A stretch of 59,930 bases of DNA, counting the filler. It is 4 parts of 4 records of this genome, joined end to end, with 100 filler letters (N's around TTAATTAATTAA, not from the genome) between each part and the next. Parts side by side here need not be neighbours in the genome. Positions count along the whole stretch, not along the records: positions 7,938 to 27,139 come from DRR723986_34979; 3 more parts are not named here. One strand, 5' to 3'. The position numbers and the translations under genes were made by a program. Shown here in pieces: positions 12,144 through 22,661 of the stretch (its first letter is position 1; the number at the start of each line of letters is the position of its first letter). Below the pieces are notes generated by a model that worked only from the letters and a program-made list of their open reading frames with translations, was not told the origin of the DNA and did not search any database.

Positions 12144-12659
12144 AGTATTCCCTTTATGTTTTTGCTTCATCAGAATGTATATGTATTTTGTGGGTCGAAT
12201 AATTCTTGACCATAAACGCAAGATGCTCCCAACTTAAGTTCTATGTTCAATTGAGACTATCAAACTATCAGGCATTAACCCTAATCAATACAGAATTCAT
12301 CTAAAGAATACGCTACTTTGTTCAGTAAGATAAAGTTCTATATGCCTGTCCTCGAATTTGCATTTGGCAGTTTTTGCCGATGCCGCCGAGAAATTATTCT
12401 TAACTTATGGATTACTCGCCCCCTACCGTCATCAAGCATCCATATTTGGTATGTATGTAATGTCTAAATCCTCTTAATTTTTTAGACTATTTTTGGCTCA
12501 GTTTTGTTTGTTACTCAAAGTCTTTTGGCAACCACAACCCATTATTTCCCAACTTTCAAATATAATTTAATATAATCAAGGATGTGCTGACTAGCATCGA
12601 TGAACGCTGCTCTGATTTTGCGCTTGAATAGCTCTCGAATCAACAAATGAAAACAACCT

Positions 12660-13140
12660 CTACTCAAACAGTATTATCGCAATTGCCTTTCCTGCTCACA
12701 CTTGCTTTCAATTTGTAATTATCGGGAGCCTCGGAAAACACTGGGCAAAAAACTGACGCCTTACATCGGAATGAATACTCCAATTTCGGTTTGCGTTGCC
12801 AAGTTACCAGCCTAGATTTAACGTCTTAAGAAGCGAGAACATCTACTCTCAAGGTCAAACCAACTACTCCACCATGCGGCGGGGAAACACATAAATCATG
12901 AGCGCTTGATACAAGCAATCCACATCAATCTGGGCTAGGTCATTTGACCTAACTCGCGGAGTTCCGGTGCATGACCTTCCCGAATTTTAAGAAATTTTTT
13001 CTTCTCGCCATCTAAAGGATAGATACAAACTTCACGCCTCTCAGCGACTTCCTTTATCGCCGTCCCCACTCTCTATGATCAATATACGCCATCGCAAATG
13101 TACCCTTTTGCATGTCGCGTCCTTAAAGGTATATTCAGTG
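12660..13140 (-). pseudogene. Possible heavily decayed GT4 glycosyltransferase remnant
   Basis: Minus-strand fragments across frameshifts and stops (LIIESGDG; LYQA / HDLCVSPPHGGVVGLTL..VLAS) resemble the GT4 C-terminal motifs in the correct order. Confidence 0.3.
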
Positions 13141-13562
13141 AGCTCCAGCACTTACATCCCAAAGCAAGTTTCCACTAATTTTAACCAAGTATCACAGGGT
13201 TTTAAATATTTGATAAGACATGAATAGAGGAGCCGGTTTTGCCTTATTATAACTACCAATAGTTTTCCGCATCTTGAAAAATCTTAGCTACGAACTCGCA
13301 ACGGCCAAAATCACAATATGGGCCCAGATAATATAAAGCCGTTACAAATGACCGCTGTAGTCAAGTCCATAGCTGCATCGAACTGTTCTATTTATGGCAC
13401 CCTTTAACTAGAAGGCAGATTAGCAACGCAAAAGAACACCGATAGAATCTACGCTCTTAACAATCAAGTATGGTAGTATATTTATATTCACAGTCTTGGC
13501 AGTTTAATTGGATCAGTTTAACTAGCTTGTATTCATGGATTCATAAACAAAAAGGTATCTCA

Positions 13563-14741
13563 ATGAACAACATAGGGCCGCGCATAGGTATCGACCTTCA
13601 TAATATCCGAAATGGAGGCGGAGTGAATTATATTAATAATATATTAGCTATTGCCGACCCATCTGTGCACAACTTCTCGTCGCTATGTCTCTTTGGAGCG
13701 CCTAATGTCCTGGAAACACTTCGAAAAACGCCTTTTATTGAGCATTGTCCTATTGAAGAATTGAGACACTCACTTCCCCGACGCATAGCATATGTAACGC
13801 TGCAGCTGCCTAGAGAGTTGCGCCGAAGAAACTGCGATGTGCTTTATGCTCCTGGAGGCGTGGTGTCTGGCGACTTCAAGCCGTATGTTACTATAAGCCG
13901 CAATATGTTGCCATTTTCACCGAAGATATGGACTTTGTATCCTTTTGGCATGGATAAATTACGATTGTATCTCCTAAACCGAGTAAATCGTAAAACGTAT
14001 TCGAATGCTCACGCAATGATCTATCTTACGAAAACAGCACGAGATACTATTGAGCCTTTATTGGTTAAAAAAAATCGCCCTGCACATATTATTCCTCATG
14101 GCGTGAATCACCATTTATTCTCTCCTCCAAACCACACTATACGCGATAGACCGTTTGACCCTGCAGGAGATATACACTTGGTTTGCCCTAGCCGATTAGA
14201 GCCATATAAGCATCAATTAGAAGTTATCGAAGCTGTAACGGAGTTGCGTCAACAATATCCAAATATAAGAATGACCTTATTGGGGTGGGCTAATCCTTCG
14301 TATGAGGCTCAGGTACATGAAGCGATAGCTCACCACGACCCTGACGGAGTGATATTTAACTACCGTGGTGCGGTACCAAATTCCGAGTTATCTAGCATTT
14401 ACGAGCAATCGCATCTCATGGTCTTCGCGTCTTCTTGCGAAAATATGCCCAATACCCTGATAGAAGGAATGGCCTCCGGCTTACCCGTGATTAGTTCCGC
14501 TGTAGAACCAATGCTTGAAGTAGGTGGTGACGCTTGTCTCTACTTCGACCCCACAGATCCTTGCTCCATCGCATTCACGTTGACCGCAGCCCTAACGGAC
14601 TATAGACAGACTCTGCGCCGCGCCCAAGTTGGTTTAAAGCGAGCAAAAAAATACAATTGGGAGCGTTGTGCCGAAGCTACCTTTAGTGTACTTCGTCATG
14701 CGCTTGAACCTGAGTTTTATTCAGTACTGGAGACAGAATGA
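13563..14741 (+). CDS. Glycosyltransferase family 4
   Basis: IPHGV, RLEPYKHQ and ASSCENMPNTLIEGMASGLPVISS (EX7E) motifs. ATG at 13563 follows AAAGGT. Confidence 0.9.
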   Translation: MNNIGPRIGIDLHNIRNGGGVNYINNILAIADPSVHNFSSLCLFGAPNVLETLRKTPFIEHCPIEELRHSLPRRIAYVTLQLPRELRRRNCDVLYAPGGVVSGDFKPYVTISRNMLPFSPKIWTLYPFGMDKLRLYLLNRVNRKTYSNAHAMIYLTKTARDTIEPLLVKKNRPAHIIPHGVNHHLFSPPNHTIRDRPFDPAGDIHLVCPSRLEPYKHQLEVIEAVTELRQQYPNIRMTLLGWANPSYEAQVHEAIAHHDPDGVIFNYRGAVPNSELSSIYEQSHLMVFASSCENMPNTLIEGMASGLPVISSAVEPMLEVGGDACLYFDPTDPCSIAFTLTAALTDYRQTLRRAQVGLKRAKKYNWERCAEATFSVLRHALEPEFYSVLETE

Positions 14742-15856
14742 AAGTTGTAATTACTGGTGGCGCTGGCTTTATTGGCCTTAAATTAGCCCGCAAACTTTTA
14801 GAGAGAAATCATGACGTGACCGCAATTGATGTTCTCACTCCTCAGGTTCACGGCTGTCTGCCCAGTCTAACGCTACCTGAGGGGTTAGTGTTGGTTCGTG
14901 CGAGTTTAGACGACATCGATTCCTATCAAGAGCTTTTTGAATCCGCCGATGCTATATACCATTTGGCCGCAGAAACAGGTACTGGCCAGTCAATGTATCA
15001 AATTGGCCAATATGTTAAAGTAAATGAACTAGGCACGGCACAAGTATTGGAAGCTATAGCCCGCTGCAAATCTCGACCACGATACATATTCCTGGCGTCA
15101 AGTAGGAGTGTGTACGGTGAAGGTGCTTATCGTAATCCTCAATGTCCGGAGAAGATCATACAGCCGAACCCGAGAAGCTCAGAAACTCTATCACAAGGCC
15201 TATGGGAGCCAACAGATAATTGTGGAGCCGATATAGAACCAATTGCAACACCGGAGTCCTTGCCTTATTTTCCAGGCTCTGTCTATGCCGCGACAAAAGC
15301 AGCACAAGAACTCCTGCTATTGTCTGCTAGTCAGGGCTTGAACGCGAAAACAATAATTTTCCGTTTTCAAAATGTTTATGGTGAGGGACAATCACTAAGA
15401 AATCCCTATACTGGAATTATATCGATTTTCTTTAATAAGGCCCGACAAGGCCTCGAAATTCCTATTTATGAGGATGGCGCTGCAACACGCGATTTTATTC
15501 ATGTTGAGGATATTGCTGGGGCATTAACTGATGCGCTCGAGGCCAATCTTTCCCATGGCGCAATTATCAACCTCGGAGCAGGCCATCCAACCAAAATTAT
15601 AGACTTGGCTAGTATACTTTCTCAAGAGGCAGGATTTGATGTTCCAATACGGGTGACAGGCCAATACCGCGTCGGCGATATTCGAAACAATTGGTCTGAT
15701 ACTACACAAGCCAAAAAACTATTGAATTTTGCACCAGAAATTAGCTTACCTGAAGGGTTACGCCGCTTTGTGCTTTGGGCTAAAAATGAGCCAGTTTATG
15801 AGGACCTTTCCCTGCAAGCCACAAAAGAATTACAAGCTAAGGGATTGTCGAACTGA
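14738..15856 (+). CDS. NAD-dependent epimerase/dehydratase (extended SDR)
   Basis: TGGAGFIG, HLAAETG, YAATK catalytic motif, RFQNVYG, RDFIHVED. Confidence 0.92.
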   Translation: MKVVITGGAGFIGLKLARKLLERNHDVTAIDVLTPQVHGCLPSLTLPEGLVLVRASLDDIDSYQELFESADAIYHLAAETGTGQSMYQIGQYVKVNELGTAQVLEAIARCKSRPRYIFLASSRSVYGEGAYRNPQCPEKIIQPNPRSSETLSQGLWEPTDNCGADIEPIATPESLPYFPGSVYAATKAAQELLLLSASQGLNAKTIIFRFQNVYGEGQSLRNPYTGIISIFFNKARQGLEIPIYEDGAATRDFIHVEDIAGALTDALEANLSHGAIINLGAGHPTKIIDLASILSQEAGFDVPIRVTGQYRVGDIRNNWSDTTQAKKLLNFAPEISLPEGLRRFVLWAKNEPVYEDLSLQATKELQAKGLSN

Positions 15857-16213
15857 TAAGCTTCAATAATCCATAATGTGCCTAACACGGCCTAGTTTAA
15901 TTCATACTTCCCGTTTTGTTGGAAAATCGCATTTCGACGCACCAACGTACCTTATAACCACCTCCCGTCCTACTCCACCACCTTCATGTAATGAAGCTAA
16001 CCATTTCTAGATTTTTATTCAATTCGACTGGGCATTTTGACAAAATAAATGAGAGATTATCATACTGTTATTGACTTCTATCGCTATAATCTTTCAAAGG
16101 CATTTCAATTAATGCTATACATTGAATATTGAAAATAAAATTACTCAACAAAAATAAAAGTATTTTGGGCGTACGGCCAAAATATTCCTTTATTGTCAAT
16201 CTATAAATTGAAA

Positions 16214-17449
16214 TTATTTTGCGGCGCGCTTTCTTGGTTCACGAGTAAAAATATCCATCAACTTGGCCAAGATCAAATAAATCACAGTCGTGCCTTCCGA
16301 AATAATATCAGTATAGACGGACATTAATAAAGCAGTGAAAGCAATCGCTCCCACGACGATTGGAAACACTAATCCAGAACGGGCTCGCAGAATCATGTAT
16401 GTCAATAGAGCACCAAAAAGAAGCGGAATTAGAAAGAGGCCATACCAACGAAAATCATGCCACCAATAAATTAGTATCGTACCGTTATTAATCCCCTCAA
16501 GGTATACAGTTGGATTGACTTTCTCCCGGTCGACAAAGGACCAAATAATTCCACGTATTATACTTAGACCATACTGTGGCTCAGATGATGGCAACTTCCC
16601 ACTTAAGGTGGCAGACATGTTTAACAACGCCGGCGCGCCTGAATATATAAATACTTGCTCAACAAGTGGTGATTGGTATGACATTACATCCAATTCACTC
16701 ATGCCCCTTTGGCCGTTTACCCATAAAAAGCCCACGATTGTTACAGCAAAAATGCACAATAGTTTCACCTTTCTGTATGCTCCTTGCCAAATGATCGCGC
16801 GGATATAATCTGGGTAAAGCGTCATCGTGAAAACAATGAACATAATCACATAGATTACACGTGCTTTCTGATAGGTAACTAGATACGCTATCAATGTTAT
16901 AAGCACAGGAAGCAAATCCGTAGCCTTACGGAACTGTAAGTACCTTATAAAAAAAAATATCGCGCACAAATCCAAAAGAAGAATTAGGTGATTTATGGGT
17001 CCGATATGAAAATTTTGACGTAATGATAGTACCGTAAATACGTCGCTTTGGTTAAACAGCGTTGCCGATAAACCAGAGCGGGTATAGGCAAATAAATACG
17101 CACTAAGGCCTATCAAAAAAACCAAATAAAGCCTTTCTCTACTTACCCTAGGAAAAGGCACGTAGCTCGTCTGCAATTTTTTTCCGTATACCCCATAAGT
17201 TAATACTGACCCCAAAGCAATAAGAGCAAACATTGCAAAGAAAACCATATATGCCACTAAATCGATTCCGGAATTCATGAACCAATATACGTCAATCGTA
17301 AATTCATACGGCAAGGAAGTTAAACAAAGCGCTGGAATCCAAGCCAGTAACACGACCATGGGGACGGAAAAAAACCTATTTGTTATATGTCGAATACCTA
17401 TTCCGAAAATGAGAAGTAGGATCAAAATGATTAACAAAGTCATATTCAA
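16214..17449 (-). CDS. O-antigen/polysaccharide polymerase (Wzy-like)
   Basis: About 411 aa with many TM helices, a larger loop in the C-terminal half, low GC, and glycosyltransferase neighbours. Confidence 0.65.
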   Translation of the reverse strand: MNMTLLIILILLLIFGIGIRHITNRFFSVPMVVLLAWIPALCLTSLPYEFTIDVYWFMNSGIDLVAYMVFFAMFALIALGSVLTYGVYGKKLQTSYVPFPRVSRERLYLVFLIGLSAYLFAYTRSGLSATLFNQSDVFTVLSLRQNFHIGPINHLILLLDLCAIFFFIRYLQFRKATDLLPVLITLIAYLVTYQKARVIYVIMFIVFTMTLYPDYIRAIIWQGAYRKVKLLCIFAVTIVGFLWVNGQRGMSELDVMSYQSPLVEQVFIYSGAPALLNMSATLSGKLPSSEPQYGLSIIRGIIWSFVDREKVNPTVYLEGINNGTILIYWWHDFRWYGLFLIPLLFGALLTYMILRARSGLVFPIVVGAIAFTALLMSVYTDIISEGTTVIYLILAKLMDIFTREPRKRAAK

Positions 17450-17465
17450 TCAATCCCTTGTCCGT

Positions 17466-18485
17466 TTATTTCTGCCGAAAGATGGCAGATAAGAAAACCC
17501 TATAAGCTTGGTAGGACATCTCTCTACGTGCGTAACAAATTCCTCGCTTGGCATAATCCAACCTCTTACGATCAGAGGTAACAGCCAATTTCAGCCCGGC
17601 TTCCCAGGATTGGTTGTTGACCAAGAATCCTAATTGGCTTTCGTAGACAACATCCGCACCAATTCCATGGGCATCCGTAATGAACGGTACGCCCGCCGCC
17701 ATGTAAACAAAAATTTTGCCGGCGCCGCGCTTGTATGAAACTGGATTAAGATCAATACGATGAAGACCAAGGTCAAACATCGGAACCTCGAAAAATTCTG
17801 TTTCTTCCTTCCATAAAACACAGGTGACGGGCAAGTTGAGAAAATTGTAGTTAGGTTGAGATACCCCAACAAGTACCAATTCGATAGAATGCATTTTTGA
17901 CAGGCTATCTAGAATAGGAAACAGAGGTTCAATGAAATGTACCGTGCCGGGGCTACCGGTCCAGCCAATACGTAGTGGTCCGGCTCGAGGCTGCGCAGAG
18001 GCACAAAATTCTTGATATCGCTTTACATTTACTGGCCCATAAAATTGGTGGACACAGTGTCGCTTGAGAGACTTTTGGTAGAATCTATTTTCTACAATTA
18101 CATGTGTAGCGTCATTCACTAAGCAGTCGAACGCTTTTTTGCGCAACCGCAATTTTAAGCCGTTACCGATGGCATCTACCGGATCAGAAAAGTCAAATAT
18201 AATATTCTTTCCGCTAAATCGAACGGCAAGTGCTACCAGCGGCCAGAGTATCATCGTTTCCTGTAAGTAGATAACTTCCGCTCGAACAAACCCAACTATC
18301 CAAAAGGGCAACCGCCGTATTACTCTCAATGCTAACGCAGCGCGTGAAGTTACAGTCGTCGAGTGCGCGAAATAATCCGCTTGCACTAAAATTCCTTGTT
18401 GTCTAAAATATTCTATATGATCCCAAACGCGAAGGCGCGAGCTCGCCCGCGTCCTGTCCCCGATCGCAAGTATAAAAAGTCTCAT
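17466..18485 (-). CDS. Glycosyltransferase (GT-B, family 4-like)
   Basis: ASSRLRV N-terminus, IGWTGSPGT, KIFVYMAAGVP motifs. Confidence 0.85.
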   Translation of the reverse strand: MRLFILAIGDRTRASSRLRVWDHIEYFRQQGILVQADYFAHSTTVTSRAALALRVIRRLPFWIVGFVRAEVIYLQETMILWPLVALAVRFSGKNIIFDFSDPVDAIGNGLKLRLRKKAFDCLVNDATHVIVENRFYQKSLKRHCVHQFYGPVNVKRYQEFCASAQPRAGPLRIGWTGSPGTVHFIEPLFPILDSLSKMHSIELVLVGVSQPNYNFLNLPVTCVLWKEETEFFEVPMFDLGLHRIDLNPVSYKRGAGKIFVYMAAGVPFITDAHGIGADVVYESQLGFLVNNQSWEAGLKLAVTSDRKRLDYAKRGICYARREMSYQAYRVFLSAIFRQK

Positions 18486-18603
18486 GCGGTTCTGTACAGC
18501 GCAAACAGGTTACTGTGAAGCTGCACAAATGAATAAATTTGGCTATCTAGAAACCAACAACGTGTAGTCGCTGAGCCGGGGCAATATTGAGAGTTAAAAT
18601 GAG

Positions 18604-19974
18604 TCATATTAGCTGTTCTTTCAAAGTACCTGAGACAATCTCTACATATCGCATTGACACCATAGGTACGTAATTTTTTTCGAATGCTATCATATCAGTT
18701 ACCAGTGACACATTGCCATCTAAGACACTATCAACGTAGGTTATCACTTCTGCCAAATTTCTAGCCACTGGCAATTCAACAAGTTTTACAAGGTCCCTAA
18801 TATGGTTGTATTGATAAAATCGATCGATACTATACATATATGGAATATCAGGCCGAGGATCGAATTGTGTATTAAGTACGTTTTTATCTAAACTTAGAGC
18901 ATCAATCGTTATCGTCGAAGCCATAGATATTACACACTCTGAAAGTGCAATCTGTCGAGAGAGATGCCGTTCGTCTTCGATTCCCATCAGACGTTCAACA
19001 TATTTGTCCTGGCGCCCCGGAACAAATACAAAAGAGCGCCCGAGGCACTCGAAAATATCGGCCTCCTTGGTGTCAGAAAATGGATGCAACCTTAGTAAGA
19101 TGCATACATCTTCTGGCAACACTACTTCTAACTGTTTGCAAACACTGACCATAACTTGATACTCCAACGGGTACACTTCGCAGGGTATCTTGGTTAATTC
19201 ACTATATGAGGCGCTGTAAAGTATAAAGCGGCTAAAATTACTACATCCAATTTGATTTAAGTATTCTGCGGAGGATATCCCTTTAGACAGTTTCTTTAAA
19301 TTTAGTTGGCGGGGGTATCCCGCGATTGTTATCATATTTTCGGGAACTCCAAAAATATCCACTAATTCAGCTTGCATTTTACGATTCCAAACAACAATGT
19401 GGCGTGAATTGAAAGGAAAAAATCCTTTTGAAGTGAAGTTATCCCAACTACTCGCAATGGTGACGACGTTTATTCCACGCATGTGTGCTTCTGCGATTAT
19501 TCCGTAGTCTAAAGAATTTAGAAGCGACCTTGTGCCGACTAAGAGGTCAGGTTTCCCTTCTATCTGCCAGGCCAAATGACGTCTACGATAAAGGGCGGCT
19601 AATAACATTGCATAGAGTCGTAAAAATTTTCGGACACCCAACACCTTTCGAAACACGACTAAAATCTTAGACATGACGAAGCGCAGAGGTCGATTTGTCA
19701 ATTTTTGGGAAACTTTACTAAATTGATCAGCAAAAAAATAGAGATACAGTGTCTTTAACTTAGCTTCAATCCACGTGTCAGAATATCGCGTAAAAGCCTT
19801 GACCTTCACTCCTTCCAATTGAGGGCTAGAAAGCTCGGGCAACTCAGGATTAAGCGTATATAATGTTACTTCAAGTTTAGGGTCACGCGCTATATTAAGT
19901 AGCACACCACTATTCACGAAATCGCGGATTGAAACTGCATATGGCAGTACAACAGAAATAGTTTTTTTAGTCAT
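18604..19974 (-). CDS. GT-B fold polysaccharide biosynthesis transferase (TagF/capsule polymerase-like)
   Basis: SSWDNFTSKG, IVVWN, IAGYP, LRLHP and STITIDAL motifs. Donor sugar unknown. Confidence 0.6.
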   Translation of the reverse strand: MTKKTISVVLPYAVSIRDFVNSGVLLNIARDPKLEVTLYTLNPELPELSSPQLEGVKVKAFTRYSDTWIEAKLKTLYLYFFADQFSKVSQKLTNRPLRFVMSKILVVFRKVLGVRKFLRLYAMLLAALYRRRHLAWQIEGKPDLLVGTRSLLNSLDYGIIAEAHMRGINVVTIASSWDNFTSKGFFPFNSRHIVVWNRKMQAELVDIFGVPENMITIAGYPRQLNLKKLSKGISSAEYLNQIGCSNFSRFILYSASYSELTKIPCEVYPLEYQVMVSVCKQLEVVLPEDVCILLRLHPFSDTKEADIFECLGRSFVFVPGRQDKYVERLMGIEDERHLSRQIALSECVISMASTITIDALSLDKNVLNTQFDPRPDIPYMYSIDRFYQYNHIRDLVKLVELPVARNLAEVITYVDSVLDGNVSLVTDMIAFEKNYVPMVSMRYVEIVSGTLKEQLI

Positions 19975-20089
19975 TTTGAAAGAACTCCAATGAAAATCAA
20001 TGCTAATTGTTAGAAGGGTTAGTAGCGGAGTCCTTTTTACTATTATTGGCCGTTTAGCAGAATCTGGCTCAAGTGTGTAATGTCACATA

Positions 20090-20221
20090 TTAAAAATGAT
20101 AAGCAATGTCCAGCACCGCATCCCCCGGTTGATATTCGGCTTCTGCAAGAAGACTTAAGACTTCATTGAACAAGTCAGGACTGCGATGGTGTACTTTCTT
20201 GTCGCGCGCTGGTGTCTTCAC
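20090..20221 (-). pseudogene. Possible N-terminal remnant of a class I SAM methyltransferase
   Basis: Short frame reads ...EVLSLLAEAEYQPGDAVLDIA then stops where the GxGxG motif would follow. Confidence 0.25.
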
Positions 20222-20463
20222 CAATTGGTTGCAACATTCCCAAACCCTTGCATGCCCGGGCAACCATTGATAAGGTAAAACGAGACGAATTGGGTTGATG
20301 CTTAACGCAGATTCAGCCCATTTACCCCTTTATTCCAAACCAACATTCCAAATATTTATCTAGACGAGAATTTTCATCTGTTGCCATTTACATTTCATCA
20401 TTTTGACTTTAAATTGCGACTTAATCTAAACAGCATTGACGGCTTAAATCAAGGATATGAAGC

Positions 20464-21288
20464 GTGCGGTTTTTCGAGAAATTAGGCAGTTATTCAGACT
20501 ATTTGGACGCTCATCCTATTCACGATTTATTAGGAGTGGATTTAACTGCATATGGCGACCTGGAAGCAAAGAAAATGCACGCTCCCTATCGATCAGTTGA
20601 CAATAACAACAAGACCCCCTCTGAAGCGGAGTTGGACGACTTGATTCGGTTACATTCACTTGTCACCAGTCGTAAGGTTACAACGATACTCGAATTTGGA
20701 GTTGGGAAAAGCACTGTAGTGTTTGACCATGCGCTCCGTGAAAATGAAAAAAACCATGAGTCCTTCGTGAAGATGAATTTGAGGCGATCAAATCCCTTCG
20801 AATTACACAGCGTTGAAAATAACTTAGAATGGGTAAAGACAACAAAAAAACTTTACCCGCATGTTTCTGAAAAATCATTCATACATCACTGTCCTTGCGA
20901 AGTTTCCACTTTCAATGGTCGCGTTTGCACCTTTTATAACGACATTCCAAATATTTGCCCTGATTTTATATACCTTGATGGACCCGACCAGTATTCACCG
21001 ACTGGAGCGATACGGGGCATTAATACAAATCATGTAGATCGATTGCCCATGGCTGGCGATATTTTGGCTATCGAGCATTTTTTATTGCCTGGTACATTGA
21101 TTGTTGTCGACGGTCGAACCGCTAACGCGCGCTTTTTGAAAAGCAACCTGCAACGCGATTGGAATTATGATTACCTAGAAGAATTTGACCAGCATTTTTT
21201 CGAGATGAAGGAGCTGCCGTTAGGAATATATAATAAAAAACAAATAGAATTTTGTCTGGGATCTAATTGGCTGAAAAATTTACCATAA
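20464..21288 (+). CDS. Class I SAM-dependent methyltransferase-fold protein (probable glycan modification)
   Basis: ILEFGVGKST motif I-like, DFIYLDG, GTLIVVDG. GTG start follows AAGGA. Confidence 0.6.
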   Translation: MRFFEKLGSYSDYLDAHPIHDLLGVDLTAYGDLEAKKMHAPYRSVDNNNKTPSEAELDDLIRLHSLVTSRKVTTILEFGVGKSTVVFDHALRENEKNHESFVKMNLRRSNPFELHSVENNLEWVKTTKKLYPHVSEKSFIHHCPCEVSTFNGRVCTFYNDIPNICPDFIYLDGPDQYSPTGAIRGINTNHVDRLPMAGDILAIEHFLLPGTLIVVDGRTANARFLKSNLQRDWNYDYLEEFDQHFFEMKELPLGIYNKKQIEFCLGSNWLKNLP

Positions 21289-21732
21289 TTCATTTCACCG
21301 TACAGAGCATATTGTTGCCTGTGAGCTAGATTAATAACATTTATTTCACGTTGAGTCCGACTATAGTATTGTGCTCAGCAGCAGACAATTGGTTTTCCGC
21401 TCGCCAAAGGTCTTAAAGGTCGTCACAATCAAAAATCGGCGCCGAAACTCTTGTTCGCACTAAAATTCCGTTTTGCTGGCAATAGAAAGAAGCCCTGCTT
21501 GGTTTTACATCCCACATAACTAATTTTCTGAAACAGTGGCGGTGACTCACCGTTGCGGCCTGCAAAGGATTCTTACTGTCGAAATTTAAATTCACTTATA
21601 AAAGTCTCAGTCAACTCACCCACCCCTCGCCAAAAAAGGGCATCTCAACAACCTCGTCGACGCTCATCATCAAGTAAAATTGAAAAATACTTGTTTGTCG
21701 GTATCAAAGGCTAAACGCCCCACTAATGGCCC

Positions 21733-22343
21733 ATGCAAAAACTGACCCAAGGGCTTTGCAGGACTAGTTGTCGAGTTTCACAATTTGGTTGCTGCAGTTG
21801 CAGTCTAGGCGGAAAGGAACTTCTTGACAGTGAACTCAGCGGCAAATTAACAAAGTCCGCAAGCTATGAAGGTACGATATTTAGGGTGGAACCACTTGAG
21901 TATCTGATTTCCAAGCTTAACGATGAACCGCTGCCGCTGCGCAAGCCAGGGTTCATTTGCTAGCGTCCATTGAGACTCTATTGTCGCTACTGACTTGAAA
22001 AAATTTCGAGTTTATCGTTGGCGCTGTGTTTGAAGGCAGTGGTTAGCGTCAAACAAGTCCGTCTGGAGGGTCCAAAAAGACCACTGATATCGATCTTATC
22101 ATACCGCTGACCGGAGAACGCGCCTTTGTACAGATTAAATCCCGCGCGAACCAGGCAGAGTTTGATGCTTATCACGAGGCCTTAAAGGCTCGTCCAGAAT
22201 CTCGCCTCTTCTTCGCTTACCATTCGTCAATGGGCCCAATAACCTGCAAGGACGAGCGCGTTTCACTTATGGGTCCTAGCAATCTGGCGCGGCGGATACT
22301 AGACGCCGGGCTTTTCAGTTGGCTTTTGACGCTAGCGAGCTAG
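21733..22343 (+). pseudogene. Mrr-like (PD-(D/E)xK) restriction endonuclease pseudogene
   Basis: Frame ending at TAG 22343 reads LT*KNFEFIV..FEGSG*RQ..SGGSKKTTDIDL..PLTGERAFVQIKS (Mrr catalytic D..QxK). Stops at 21996 (TGA) and 22044 (TAG) sit where Trp is expected. The upstream LSGKLTKSASYEGTIF fragment is in a different frame. Confidence 0.75.
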
Positions 22344-22375
22344 AAAAACACGAATACACAAAATCTTGTTTCTCA

Positions 22376-22415
22376 AAACTATACATTTATTCAAACTATG
22401 ATATTATCTAAACTA
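22376..22415 (+). repeat. Three AAACTA direct repeats at 17-bp period
   Basis: AAACTA at 22376, 22393 and 22410 in an AT-rich tract. Confidence 0.5.
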
Positions 22416-22444
22416 CATTGAGGTCCACCAGCTAGACCTGACGC

Positions 22445-22573
22445 GGCGACATGGTTCGCCCGAAATCAGTCCTCAGCGTAGCTATGGACCTACTGAGCTG
22501 GGCGGCATGGTCCGCACTCTATAGCGTCAAAGGGCATGGACCCGGCGACACCCCAGAGCGACATGGTGCGCTC
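22445..22573 (+). ncRNA. Candidate structured RNA/leader: five tandem hairpins with (C/T)ATGG(T/A) loops
   Basis: GGCGA-CATGGT-TCGCC (22445-22460); CTCAGCGTAG-CTATGGAC-CTACTGAG (22472-22497); GCGG-CATGGT-CCGC (22502-22515); GGG-CATGGA-CCC (22532-22543); GAGCG-A-CATGGT-G-CGCTC (22556-22573). Transcription not shown. Confidence 0.5.
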
Positions 22574-22661
22574 CCCATTTTCAAACATTCATTAGTTGGA
22601 CATGTACCAGCAGAGCTGTGCCCTGTCCTTCTTTGATCTCCACTACACTGGGAGTAGACCA

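Noticed and set aside
21996-22046. Stop codons at Trp positions as evidence of recoding or an alternative genetic code
   Set aside because: Both TGA and TAG are involved, each is one G-to-A change from TGG, a frameshift is also present, and neighbouring intact genes end in TGA and TAG.
22445-22573. CRISPR array or known riboswitch
   Set aside because: Only 6-nt loops recur, the stems differ, spacing is irregular and no cas genes are present. I could not match a SAM or other riboswitch consensus by eye.
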